This document shows positions 5,838 to 15,226 of a stretch of DNA of 64,000 nt, in pieces. The stretch's first letter is position 1, and each line of letters begins with the position of its first letter. Below the pieces are notes generated by a model. It ran no database searches and had not been told where the DNA came from. It worked only from the letters and a program-made list of their open reading frames with translations. Both the position numbers and the translations under genes were made by a program. Source of the stretch: a virus; the IMG/VR virus record IMGVR_UViG_3300029787_000024, positions 3,809 to 67,808 of that record; one strand, given 5' to 3'.

Positions 5838-6317
5838 ATGTCAAAAGAAAATTTAAGACACGCTACTATATTAGAAGCTCTACATGAGTATAAAAAAACT
5901 ATAGATAGCGGTGCGATGTACAACGAAAAAGATGTACAAGAAACTATATATCAAATAGAGGATTTAGTTAGTAACAAGGCTATTATTCGTAGTAAAAACC
6001 AAAGACCTGAAACTATTACAGGTAACATCATATTAGAGTGTTATGATGTGTATAAAATGTTTAAATATATTATAAAAGATAGTCCCAATAAAGTAAGAAC
6101 ATCTTTATTAGATTCTAAATCAAATATACCTGTTAACGCTAATGTGTCATTACGTTATAATGAAAGTTGGGACGAACCTAGAAGGCTTGAAGAAGTTATT
6201 CTTACATTAATAGACACATTAAATTTTACTATGGGTCATATACCTGATACGTATCTTAAAGCAATAAAGAAAAATATTAATGGAGAAATTAAAAGAAGAA
6301 AAGAATGCGAAGAATAG
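5838..6317 (+). CDS. Hypothetical protein
   Basis: ORF track, good leader. Confidence 0.8.
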   Translation: MSKENLRHATILEALHEYKKTIDSGAMYNEKDVQETIYQIEDLVSNKAIIRSKNQRPETITGNIILECYDVYKMFKYIIKDSPNKVRTSLLDSKSNIPVNANVSLRYNESWDEPRRLEEVILTLIDTLNFTMGHIPDTYLKAIKKNINGEIKRRKECEE

Positions 6318-6493
6318 ATGATGAGTCAGTAAATGGTGTTCCCTATGAGGCTATAGAGGATTACCGAGAAATACAAGAGCCTTATTGGACTTGTGTTAGT
6401 GCGTTTGATGTGGAGTATTCACTATCATGCGACCAATCAATAGAAAATAACAAATTATTAACTAAAAAATTATATAAATTATGTGTGGATTAG
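6305..6493 (+). CDS. Hypothetical protein (uncertain)
   Basis: Fills the gap; the 3' part looks like the leader of the next gene. Confidence 0.4.
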   Translation: MRRIDDESVNGVPYEAIEDYREIQEPYWTCVSAFDVEYSLSCDQSIENNKLLTKKLYKLCVD

Positions 6494-7407
6494 TAGGATT
6501 CAGTGGTAAAGCTAATACAAGTGTGTTTAAGGCTTTACATTTATTAGCAGATAACGACAGTAGGGGAGGTCACTCTACTGGATTATTTGTAAATGGTAAG
6601 ATTTATAAGACTGTTGAAGAGTCTATGAATATATTACCAATGCTTAAAACAAGTAAAACAGGTAGTGTTCTTATAGGACATACAAGGTATGCAACTCATG
6701 GTGAACACACCGTTGAGAACGCTCACCCTTATCAATATGGTAATATAGTAGGCGCTCATAACGGAGTTCTATCAAATTACGAAGAGGTGGGTAAAAAGTT
6801 TAATATCAAGAAAACTACTGTTGACTCTCAAATGATATTTAAATTATTGTCACAAGAAAAGAATGATAAGCATTTAGGCTTATTTAGTGGAGCAAAGAAT
6901 GTCTTGTTCACAAAGGGTGATAACAAATTATATATATATCGTAAAGACAATCCTTTATATTATCTTGAAACAGAAGAAGGTATGTATGTAAGTTCTTTAG
7001 AAGAAGGACTTGAAAAGATTAAGAAAAAGAAAGATAAAGTTAAGGAAGTGCCTGAAAATCAGTTATTTACAATAGAAAATGGTAAGCTTATAAGTAAACA
7101 AAAGATTAAGCATAAGCCTATAGCCGCTAAGGTTTCTGTAAATACAGATTGGAGAAGTTATGGCTCACGTAATTATTATAGTAATCATTATGGTGGTCAT
7201 CTTGCAAGAGACTTTAATAACGACCATTTCAATAATGATGATGAACTAAATGACGACGATTTAGAAAAAGAACATTTTGATGAGGTTAATAACCACGCAA
7301 ACTTTGTTCACGATTTATATTGTACTGATAGATTTAATGAGGAAGAGTCTTCAAAGTTAATGGAATTGTATAACTATTTAAACACTATGGCTTATGAGTA
7401 CTACTAA
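6481..7407 (+). CDS. Class II (Ntn) glutamine amidotransferase domain protein
   Basis: N-terminal MCG, RG..STG, GHTRYAT, NAHP, AHNG, VDS motifs. Confidence 0.92.
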   Translation: MCGLVGFSGKANTSVFKALHLLADNDSRGGHSTGLFVNGKIYKTVEESMNILPMLKTSKTGSVLIGHTRYATHGEHTVENAHPYQYGNIVGAHNGVLSNYEEVGKKFNIKKTTVDSQMIFKLLSQEKNDKHLGLFSGAKNVLFTKGDNKLYIYRKDNPLYYLETEEGMYVSSLEEGLEKIKKKKDKVKEVPENQLFTIENGKLISKQKIKHKPIAAKVSVNTDWRSYGSRNYYSNHYGGHLARDFNNDHFNNDDELNDDDLEKEHFDEVNNHANFVHDLYCTDRFNEEESSKLMELYNYLNTMAYEYY

Positions 7408-8749
7408 AGAGGAATTATTAGAATGTGTGTGTGGAGATTGGCACCCAATAGATGAGTGTTATGAATTATATGGAGGGGGCTATGTCCACGAAGATGACAA
7501 AGATGATTATGTTCAGCTTTCAAGTGATTGCGACAGTTTATACTGTCATCAAGATGAAGTTATTATGTGTGAATGTAATGGGGAATGGTATCCTGAAGAA
7601 TGTTTTTCTGATTACGAAGTTGAATATGACAACTATGATGAGTTATACAGATTCACAGATAATATGACGTGGGGTTACTATAACAGAAATCATGAAGGTT
7701 GGTTTAACAGTGAATGTGATTATGTGCTTTCAGAGAATAATGACGTTTATTTTATGGATAGCTCCGTTGCAGAACGTTGTGGTTATATATATTCAGAAAA
7801 CAGGGAAGATTGGATACACGAAGATGATTGGGATGAGGATGAGGATGGAGATAACGGTGAAGAGTGGGATAATACATATGAATTATTAGATAAAAGATTT
7901 GATAAAACATTTGGCATGAAATATACATTTGGGGTTGAAATAGAAACTTCTGATGGATATATGGATTATCAAGAAAATTTAAATCTTAAAGCTGTCTTTG
8001 ACGGTAGTATTAATGGTAAAGAATATGTAACTGGTTGTATGTCAGGTAATTCTGGTGTTAATATGCTAGATAAGATATGTAATTTATTATCACATCACGA
8101 ATGTTATGTAGACTCTACTTGTGGCGTTCATGTTCATATAGGTGGTGCTAACTTCAATAGAAGATTTAGTATACTATCTATTATGCTTGGAAATATGCTT
8201 CAAGATGAGATATTCTCTATGTTACCAAAGTCAAGAGGTAAGAGTAGTTATTGTGTAGTAATACCTGATAAGTTCTATAAATTAAGAACTGTTAATAAAA
8301 GGCTTTATCCAAGAACACATAGCAGAATGCTTAAGCTTCTTGCTGAGTATTTATATTCTGACAGTGCTGAATTTGGTAGAGCTAATAATAAGAAAGGGCG
8401 TCATCCATATGGAAGATACTGTAGCTCAAGGTATAAGTGGTTAAACTTAAACAACTGTAGTTACGATAAGTCTGGGCCTGATACTATTGAGTTCAGATGT
8501 CACAGTGGCTCAAGAGACTTTAAGAAAATTTATAATTGGTTATTAATCTGTATGTGCTTTGTAAGGTATGTAGAGAATAATTCAAGACAGATTATAGATA
8601 AATATAAAACGTGGAAATCTGACCCAGGATGTTTAATGTCAGATAGGGTTACTCTACGTGATATAGTCTCAGAAGGTCTTGGTAAGGACGCTATGCCTTT
8701 ATTAGAATATATAGATAAGAGAAAGGATAAGTTCCTTAAGCAGGATTAA
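7394..8749 (+). CDS. Putative amidoligase (COOH-NH2 ligase, Amidoligase_2-like) with acidic Cys-rich N-terminus
   Basis: FGVEIE, DGSI, CGVHVHI, RY..LN, TIEFR motifs. Confidence 0.88.
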   Translation: MSTTKEELLECVCGDWHPIDECYELYGGGYVHEDDKDDYVQLSSDCDSLYCHQDEVIMCECNGEWYPEECFSDYEVEYDNYDELYRFTDNMTWGYYNRNHEGWFNSECDYVLSENNDVYFMDSSVAERCGYIYSENREDWIHEDDWDEDEDGDNGEEWDNTYELLDKRFDKTFGMKYTFGVEIETSDGYMDYQENLNLKAVFDGSINGKEYVTGCMSGNSGVNMLDKICNLLSHHECYVDSTCGVHVHIGGANFNRRFSILSIMLGNMLQDEIFSMLPKSRGKSSYCVVIPDKFYKLRTVNKRLYPRTHSRMLKLLAEYLYSDSAEFGRANNKKGRHPYGRYCSSRYKWLNLNNCSYDKSGPDTIEFRCHSGSRDFKKIYNWLLICMCFVRYVENNSRQIIDKYKTWKSDPGCLMSDRVTLRDIVSEGLGKDAMPLLEYIDKRKDKFLKQD

Positions 8750-8764
8750 TCGCTGCTCAATTAG

Positions 8765-8838
8765 AAAGGTGTGTGTATAAGTTAAATGTCCAGTTAACTT
8801 AGTTACTTTAAATGTGTTCGGTAAACACACACCTTTTT
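8765..8838 (+). terminator. Large terminator-like structure at end of early block
   Basis: AAAGGTGTGTGT/ACACACACCTTT with inner TAAGTTAA/TTAACTTA hairpin; T-run. Confidence 0.65.
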
Positions 8839-8918
8839 AGTTTTATGCTGTTGTTCACTATCATTATGTTAACAACTTTATTTTATTATTAACAATTATT
8901 TATTTAAATTTACAAACC

Positions 8919-9155
8919 ATGAAAAAACTTATTATAATATGTATGCTATCAGTAGGCATTTGTTTACTAATAGTATTATCAAAACTAAGCCATAAAGCTA
9001 GTCAAGTAGAAATTTTACAAGAACAGATTAATAGTCAAGAATTATATATAAAAGATATATATATAAATACTAATTATAGTCATGTTAATTCTTTATACTT
9101 AGAAATTATGGACTTAGGTGCTCAATTAGATTCAATGAAATTAAAATATGATTAA
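8919..9155 (+). CDS. Hypothetical protein with N-terminal TM/signal segment
   Basis: MKKLIIICMLSVGICLLIVL. Confidence 0.7.
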   Translation: MKKLIIICMLSVGICLLIVLSKLSHKASQVEILQEQINSQELYIKDIYINTNYSHVNSLYLEIMDLGAQLDSMKLKYD

Positions 9156-9157
9156 TT

Positions 9158-9463
9158 ATGGAAAAGTTATTTGATTATTTTTGGAAAAAATACCCTAAGA
9201 AGGTGGGTAAAAAACAATGCAAAGAATATTGGAAAAAACTAAAACCTTCTCCTGAATTATATACTACTATAATGATTGCTTTAGATAAGCAAAAGAAATA
9301 TAAGGATATATGTAATACAAATAATGTTTTTTGTCCTGAATTTCCTCACCCTATTAGATGGCTTAAGCACGAAAGATGGGAAGATGAAGTTCCAAATATA
9401 AAAGAAACATTAAACAATTCAATATATGTTAAACCTAAATACAAAAATTACGATGAAAGATAA
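9158..9463 (+). CDS. Replication initiator C-terminal-like domain protein
   Basis: FDYFWKKYPKKVGK...PHPIRWLKHERWEDE motif typical of phage replisome organisers; precedes DnaB. Confidence 0.75.
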   Translation: MEKLFDYFWKKYPKKVGKKQCKEYWKKLKPSPELYTTIMIALDKQKKYKDICNTNNVFCPEFPHPIRWLKHERWEDEVPNIKETLNNSIYVKPKYKNYDER

Positions 9464-9641
9464 ATTAGATAAGGCAATAATAGCAAATTGCATAGAAACT
9501 TTTAATGCTATAGAATATTTTGAAAGTTTTAGAATGGAAGAATTAAAACAAGATGACCAATTCTATATAAAACATATGATTAAGTATATAAAATATTTAG
9601 AATTTCAAATACAAATTAAAAATAAAGTTTTAGATGCATGA
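9453..9641 (+). CDS. Hypothetical protein
   Basis: Likely start MKDKLD at 9453. Confidence 0.6.
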   Translation: MKDKLDKAIIANCIETFNAIEYFESFRMEELKQDDQFYIKHMIKYIKYLEFQIQIKNKVLDA

Positions 9642-10939
9642 ATTCAGATAGATTAGAATTAGAAAGGATATTGCTTGGTAAGTTAATCAACAATCCACAA
9701 AATTATTATGACAATCATTCTCTTTTAAATCACTCATTATTTGAGAACCCTGACCACATAAAGTTATTTAAGTTGTTAGAAAAACAATACCAAGATACTG
9801 GTAAAATAGATTTAACAGAATTTTATATGTCATTTGCAGATAAGTCATCAGCCATACAAGTTGCACAAAAGTGTACAGAGATGGCTTATGATGGGTCTAG
9901 TTGTCAGTCTATCATATTGATACTCAATCAGATAAGTAGAAAGAAAGAGCTTAAAATGTTATGCTTAAAAACTATAGATAAAATAGATAATGATGAAGAC
10001 TTATTTGATACAGTAGATTATGTAGAAAAAAGTGTTCAAAAAATAGGTAACGTAGATAATGATGAGTTATGTTCTATTGGAGAGCAAATGCCTGGAATGT
10101 TAAAGGGTTTAGAAAATAATATGAAATCAGATGGTATGACAGGTATACCTAGTGGCTTTCCGTCTATAGATAAGTTTACAAGTGGATGGCAAAAACAAGA
10201 CTTAGTTATTATAGGTGGCGCTTCATCTATGGGTAAGACTAGCTTTGCTTTAAACGTGGCAATGAATGCTTCTAATATGGGTCATTCAGTTGTTATATTC
10301 TCTTATGAGATGAGTGTTAATCAAATGCTTATGCGTATGATTAGTGGTGACACTAATATAAATAATAAACATTTACTTAGAGGTACTATATATGAAGAGG
10401 AGTTAACTAAGATACATAATAGTGTAGCTGATTTTGAAAGGCTTAGTATGTATATAGATGAGTGTAGAAATACATCACTTAAATATCTTCTTAATAGAAT
10501 AAGGCAATACGTTATAGCTAAAAAAGTAGAAATGGTTGTAGTAGATTATCTTCAGTTAATATCTTATAGTGTTCGTGGTAGAACAAGAGAGCAAGAAGTT
10601 TCTCAAGTTGCTAGAGCATTAAAGAACATAGCTAAAGAATTAGATATAACTGTAGTAGCCTTATCTCAACTATCAAGAAGTGTTAGTAAGAGAGAGACTG
10701 GTAGACCAAATCTTTCAGACCTAAGAGAATCAGGTGAAATAGAACAAGCAGCAGATGTTGTAGCGTTTGTTTATAGACCTGAGTATTATGGACTAAAGAC
10801 TGATGACGATGGAAATAGTGTAGAGGGTATGGCAGAAATTATATTTGCTAAGGGTAGAAATATAGGTATAGGTAGTAAGTATTTAAAGTTTATAGATTAT
10901 CTAACAAAGTTTGAAGAGATATCAACATTCAACACTTAA
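9638..10939 (+). CDS. dnaB: Replicative DNA helicase DnaB
   Basis: Walker A GASSMGKT, VVDYLQL, LSQLSR, DLRESGEIEQAADVV. Confidence 0.96.
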   Translation: MNSDRLELERILLGKLINNPQNYYDNHSLLNHSLFENPDHIKLFKLLEKQYQDTGKIDLTEFYMSFADKSSAIQVAQKCTEMAYDGSSCQSIILILNQISRKKELKMLCLKTIDKIDNDEDLFDTVDYVEKSVQKIGNVDNDELCSIGEQMPGMLKGLENNMKSDGMTGIPSGFPSIDKFTSGWQKQDLVIIGGASSMGKTSFALNVAMNASNMGHSVVIFSYEMSVNQMLMRMISGDTNINNKHLLRGTIYEEELTKIHNSVADFERLSMYIDECRNTSLKYLLNRIRQYVIAKKVEMVVVDYLQLISYSVRGRTREQEVSQVARALKNIAKELDITVVALSQLSRSVSKRETGRPNLSDLRESGEIEQAADVVAFVYRPEYYGLKTDDDGNSVEGMAEIIFAKGRNIGIGSKYLKFIDYLTKFEEISTFNT

Positions 10940-10971
10940 TAAGTTATAAATTATTTTGCTTTTCTTTTTTG

Positions 10972-10998
10972 TATATTTGTGTTTATTTAGTAGATTTG
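10972..10998 (+). promoter_or_regulatory. Tandem Bacteroidota -7 elements TATATTTG and TAGATTTG
   Basis: Two TAnnTTTG matches upstream of ATG 11006. Confidence 0.6.
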
Positions 10999-11005
10999 CA
11001 TAAGT

Positions 11006-11230
11006 ATGATTAGATTTGATGACACAGCAAAGAAGGTTTCTAAAAAGTTGAAAATTAATAAAGAGACTATAAAGAAAGTTCTCAACAAAACTTTTGAAGA
11101 AATAGAAAAAAACCTTGAAGATAATAAAAACTTTATGTTCAAGGGGTATGCTAAGATTGTTAAATCTAATCAAAAAAAGAAACCGATAACTAAAACCGAA
11201 TTGTTTAATTTAAAAACGAAAGACAAATGA
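11006..11230 (+). CDS. HU/IHF-like DNA-binding protein
   Basis: Helix-helix-beta pattern KKVLNKTFEEIEKNLED.KNFMFKGY; basic. Confidence 0.7.
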   Translation: MIRFDDTAKKVSKKLKINKETIKKVLNKTFEEIEKNLEDNKNFMFKGYAKIVKSNQKKKPITKTELFNLKTKDK

Positions 11231-11862
11231 AACCGAATATTATAATCGTAGGGCCATCAGGCTCAGGTAAGTCAAGTTCTATGAGGAACTTAGACCCAAA
11301 AAGAACTGCTGTTTTAAATACAGAAAGAAAGCAGTTACCATTCAAAAATGCAAATGAGTTTATGAATGTTCCAATTAAATCTGTATCAGAGTTTCACTCA
11401 GCTTTAGACAAGGCTATGTCAAGTGACAAGATAGATACAATAGTTGTAGAATCATTTACATCTCTTATAGAAATTATATTTAGAGAGGCCGATGTAAGAT
11501 ACAAAGGCTTTGATGTATGGAGTTACTATAACAAAGAGATAGATAAGATTCTAGACAAGTCTAAAAACTCTGACAAGTATGTTGTATTTACTGCTATTGA
11601 TGGCGTGTATGATGGCGACAATGGTGTTGAAGAACGTTATGTTGCAGTAGATGGTAACAGATGGAAGAAAAGAGTTGAGAAAGAATTTGTATTAGCTTTA
11701 TTCACAGATGTTAGAGCAACTGATGATGGAGTTACTTACAGGTTTAGAACAAACACTACAGGTAGAGATTCCGCAAAGAGTCCTATGGATATGTTTGAAA
11801 GTTTACATATTGATAATTGTATTAAATCAATTATTGATAAATGTGAAGAATATTATAAATAA
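11227..11862 (+). CDS. AAA_24 / Sak4-like ATPase (ssDNA annealing)
   Basis: GPSGSGKSSSMRNL, NTERKQLPF, SAKSPMDMF. Confidence 0.85.
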   Translation: MKPNIIIVGPSGSGKSSSMRNLDPKRTAVLNTERKQLPFKNANEFMNVPIKSVSEFHSALDKAMSSDKIDTIVVESFTSLIEIIFREADVRYKGFDVWSYYNKEIDKILDKSKNSDKYVVFTAIDGVYDGDNGVEERYVAVDGNRWKKRVEKEFVLALFTDVRATDDGVTYRFRTNTTGRDSAKSPMDMFESLHIDNCIKSIIDKCEEYYK

Positions 11863-11884
11863 GTTTAATTAAAATCGAATAAAA

Positions 11885-12433
11885 ATGTTTCCTAAATTGA
11901 ATGAAACCAAATTAAAGACTCCTGAAGTTAAGTCAGATTACTTAGGTGCAGGAGCGCACACAGTAGAAATTAGAAAATTTAAAACAAGTAATGAAGTACC
12001 AGGTTATCAAGGCACACCATATACAGAATTTATAGTGGGTAATGATAAAGGTATAGCATTCTTAAAGTTCACAGGTGTAGACAACTACACTAGTGAGGCT
12101 GCCGCTAGAGTAAGAACAGAGATATTTAAATCTTTCCTTACAGCAGCAGGATGTTCTAACTTCACCGACCCACACATGGCGTGTAACTCTATTATAGATA
12201 AAAAGGTTGAGGTGTGTTTAGCAAAAAGGGAGTATTGGACTACAGACAAAGACACCAATAAGCCAGAAATTAAATCAAGAGTAGAATACAAATTTGCCAA
12301 TCCTTATGGTAGAAAGATAACTTTTAAAGACAGTTATAATAAACAAATGTCAGCTGAAGAAAGAGCTAGATATGATAATGCTGTAAGTCTTTCAAATGTA
12401 GGGGGCAGTGATAATGTAGAAGTACCATTTTAA
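11885..12433 (+). CDS. Probable ssDNA-binding protein (DUF669-like)
   Basis: Follows Sak4-like gene; acidic tail ending EVPF. Confidence 0.6.
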   Translation: MFPKLNETKLKTPEVKSDYLGAGAHTVEIRKFKTSNEVPGYQGTPYTEFIVGNDKGIAFLKFTGVDNYTSEAAARVRTEIFKSFLTAAGCSNFTDPHMACNSIIDKKVEVCLAKREYWTTDKDTNKPEIKSRVEYKFANPYGRKITFKDSYNKQMSAEERARYDNAVSLSNVGGSDNVEVPF

Positions 12434-12443
12434 AAATTAAAAT

Positions 12444-12614
12444 ATGAAATTAGTAAATTATTTTACAGCAAATGCAAGACAATTAGATAAGTTTAAACTA
12501 GAGTTTAGATTACTAGGTTTTACGTTTATAGAATTAAAGTTTGATATATCAAATAGATGTTTCAAATTTGTTCTACTTAATGTAGGAATAGCAACTAAAA
12601 ATTGTGCTTGTTAA
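12444..12614 (+). CDS. Small hypothetical protein (56 aa, not in ORF track)
   Basis: MKLVNYFTANARQLDKF...KNCAC fills the gap exactly. Confidence 0.6.
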   Translation: MKLVNYFTANARQLDKFKLEFRLLGFTFIELKFDISNRCFKFVLLNVGIATKNCAC

Positions 12615-13019
12615 ATGGGTAGTAAACACTTAGCATATATAAAGAATGGCAAAGTGACCTATCAAAACAAAGATAAGTTTGATGACCACATGCTTAATTA
12701 TGAGGGCAAGACTGTAGTTATTACAGTGGGGGAGCAAAAGAAGAGACGTAGTCTCAATCTTAACTCATATTATTGGGCAGTGGTTGTCAAGCTTTTATCT
12801 GAAGAAACAGGTTATGATAAAGACGAAATGCACGAAGTGTTAAAGTCTATGTTTCTTAGAACAAGGTATCAAATAAAAGGAGTGTGGGTAGACAGCACTA
12901 AGTCAACAACTAAATTATCTCATAAAGAAATGAGTGAGTTTATAGAGGAGACTAAACGATTTGCTTCTACAACATTGGGAGTATATATACCAGACCCAAA
13001 CGAAGTTGAGTATGAATAG
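12615..13019 (+). CDS. NinB/YbcN-like recombination protein
   Basis: KRRSLNLNSYYW, HEVLK, STTKLS..EMSEFIE, IPDP. Confidence 0.8.
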   Translation: MGSKHLAYIKNGKVTYQNKDKFDDHMLNYEGKTVVITVGEQKKRRSLNLNSYYWAVVVKLLSEETGYDKDEMHEVLKSMFLRTRYQIKGVWVDSTKSTTKLSHKEMSEFIEETKRFASTTLGVYIPDPNEVEYE

Positions 13020-13404
13020 TTTTTTTATATTAGGTAACGTTCCTTCAAGTAAGAATGGAAAAAGGTGGACAGGTAAATACCTTATCCATAGTAAGACTAC
13101 TATGAGGTATATAAAAGAAACCAAAGAAGATTACTTAAGGTTAAGAAAAGAATTCACAACTGAATTAAAAAAGTATGAGCCTCCCTATATAATATCATTT
13201 AAATTTATAAGAAACAGTAAGAGAAAGTTTGATTATGTCAATCCTTTACAAACAGTACAAGACCTTATGGTTAAGTATCATTGGATAGAAGATGACAATG
13301 CAACATTCTTACTACCTGTATTTGAACCGTATGAATATAATAAAGTTAAACCAGGTGTATTAATCACCATAAAATCGAATAACAATGACAAAGAGAAGAA
13401 GTAA
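13012..13404 (+). CDS. RusA-like Holliday junction resolvase
   Basis: GNVPSSKN, FDYVN, QDLM...WIEDDN; likely start at 13012. Confidence 0.7.
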   Translation: MNSFFILGNVPSSKNGKRWTGKYLIHSKTTMRYIKETKEDYLRLRKEFTTELKKYEPPYIISFKFIRNSKRKFDYVNPLQTVQDLMVKYHWIEDDNATFLLPVFEPYEYNKVKPGVLITIKSNNNDKEKK

Positions 13405-13609
13405 TACTCATTATACTAGACTATTAGATTACCTAAAAGAATTTGGTAATGTAACAAGCTTAACTGCAATAAGAGATTTAGGTAACACTAGATTGTCAGC
13501 AACCATATATCAATTAAGAAAAGATGGGCACAATATAATTAGTGAAGACTTAACAGTAAGAAATAGATGGGGTAACAACACTACCGTATCACTATACAAA
13601 TTAATATGA
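13385..13609 (+). CDS. Winged helix-turn-helix protein
   Basis: LLDYL..GNVTSL.A....G..RLSATIYQLRK.G.NI. Confidence 0.85.
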   Translation: MTKRRSNTHYTRLLDYLKEFGNVTSLTAIRDLGNTRLSATIYQLRKDGHNIISEDLTVRNRWGNNTTVSLYKLI

Positions 13610-14400
13610 GACCAAAAATAGAAAGAATTAAAGACAACGAAGTTACAGACAATACTTATTATGAAGACTGTATGTATATGTCTAACTCTATGCTTAAAAC
13701 ATTTATAGAGAAATGTCCTAAGTATTACGTACATAGATTAGAGAACCCCATTAGGCCAACAGCGGCAATGAAATTTGGAACAGCTTTCCATATGCTTATG
13801 TTAGAGGGTGTAAAAAAGTTTAAAGAAAATTATATTGAAGAGCCTGATGTAGACAAGAGAACAACTCTTGGTAAGTCTACATTAATAAAATTTAATGAAA
13901 GGTTAGGAGACAAGCAAACTGTATCAAGAAAGGACAATAATAAACTATTGTCTATGTATCAACAGTTGCAAGAAAGCAAACACTATTCTCTTATAGATGA
14001 TTGCAATGAGATAGAGCAAATATATCTATGGAAAAACAAAGATGTTGACATGTTATGTAAAGGAAAGCTTGATGCCGTTAACACTAAGGATAAGTACATT
14101 GTAGATTTAAAGACTACAAGAAATGCTTCTCCTGAAAACTTTACAGAATTAATTATGAATGCGAAGTATCATATGCAGGCGGCGTATTATCTTGATGCAT
14201 TGGGGTATGACGACTATTATATAGTTGCCATTGAGAAAGACACACCGCACTGTATATGTACTTACAAGTTGAGTAAGAAAACAATAGAGAAGGGAAGAGA
14301 GCTTTACATGGGAGGATTAACATACTATAAAAGTATACTAGCTTCACCAACGGAGGTGGAGATGTTAGACTATAATGGTGGTAACATATATACTTTATAG
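13606..14400 (+). CDS. RecE/exonuclease VIII-like PD-(D/E)XK nuclease
   Basis: SNSMLK, FGTAFH, KGKLD, IVDLKTT, YHMQAAYY. Confidence 0.9.
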   Translation: MRPKIERIKDNEVTDNTYYEDCMYMSNSMLKTFIEKCPKYYVHRLENPIRPTAAMKFGTAFHMLMLEGVKKFKENYIEEPDVDKRTTLGKSTLIKFNERLGDKQTVSRKDNNKLLSMYQQLQESKHYSLIDDCNEIEQIYLWKNKDVDMLCKGKLDAVNTKDKYIVDLKTTRNASPENFTELIMNAKYHMQAAYYLDALGYDDYYIVAIEKDTPHCICTYKLSKKTIEKGRELYMGGLTYYKSILASPTEVEMLDYNGGNIYTL

Positions 14401-14424
14401 TAATATAAACCAAAATAAATTATT

Positions 14425-14640
14425 ATGATAGAAATTAGTCCAAAAAGACTTTCAGAGGCATTAGCCCTAAATGAAACTAAGGAAATATATGGCGAAGAAG
14501 CTATGTATAAAAACAACTATGAGGAATTTAGAGGCCTAGTAATGCACGATGTAGTGAAAGAAACTTATAACAAAATATACAATAAATACTTACAAGTTAT
14601 ATTGTCAATTGTACAGGAAAAAGAGCAATGGCAGAGTTAG
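14425..14640 (+). CDS. Hypothetical protein
   Basis: ORF track. Confidence 0.65.
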   Translation: MIEISPKRLSEALALNETKEIYGEEAMYKNNYEEFRGLVMHDVVKETYNKIYNKYLQVILSIVQEKEQWQS

Positions 14641-14981
14641 TATTTGTATATGGAACATTAAGAAGAGGTCACGGTAATCACGTTCTCCTAAAGGATTCAA
14701 AATTCATTGACGCTGGATTAACAAAAGATAAGTATGCTATGTATCATACAGGTATACCTTTTGTCAACGAAGATGAAGAGGTGTCTAATATATTTGGTGA
14801 AGTATATCAAGTATCTAAGCACGTATTAAATACGCTAGATTTATTAGAGGGTCACCCCTCTTGGTATAACCGAAAAAAAATAACTGTGTGTGGTAGTAAA
14901 AAAAAGTACCACGCATGGTTATATTTTAACGACGATAAATCAGGTGTACTTATTGAGTCAGGAGACTACGAAAATAAATGA
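14628..14981 (+). CDS. Gamma-glutamylcyclotransferase (AIG2-like)
   Basis: VFVYGTLRRG, GEVY, LDLLEGHP.WY.R. Confidence 0.92.
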   Translation: MAELVFVYGTLRRGHGNHVLLKDSKFIDAGLTKDKYAMYHTGIPFVNEDEEVSNIFGEVYQVSKHVLNTLDLLEGHPSWYNRKKITVCGSKKKYHAWLYFNDDKSGVLIESGDYENK

Positions 14982-15226
14982 AGAAACACACCAAAATATA
15001 TTTAAAATATTTTGACTATGTGCTTGACGATATCATACCATGCACGGTATGTAACAGACAGGCTGTTGACATTCATCACATTGAAAGACGTGGGATTGGG
15101 GGTTCAAAGAATAAGGATTATATAGAAAACCTTGCGGCTCTATGCAGGAGTTGTCATGATAAAGCAGAAACAAATAAAGAGTTTAACCAAATGGTAAAAG
15201 AACGCCATTTAAAATTATTAAAATGA
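14978..15226 (+). CDS. Small HNH endonuclease
   Basis: CTVC..DIHHI...NLAALCRSCH. Confidence 0.9.
   Translation: MKKHTKIYLKYFDYVLDDIIPCTVCNRQAVDIHHIERRGIGGSKNKDYIENLAALCRSCHDKAETNKEFNQMVKERHLKLLK

Noticed and set aside
2546-8864. CRISPR-like array built from the repeated motifs
   Set aside because: Spacing is irregular (hundreds to thousands of nt) with genes in between
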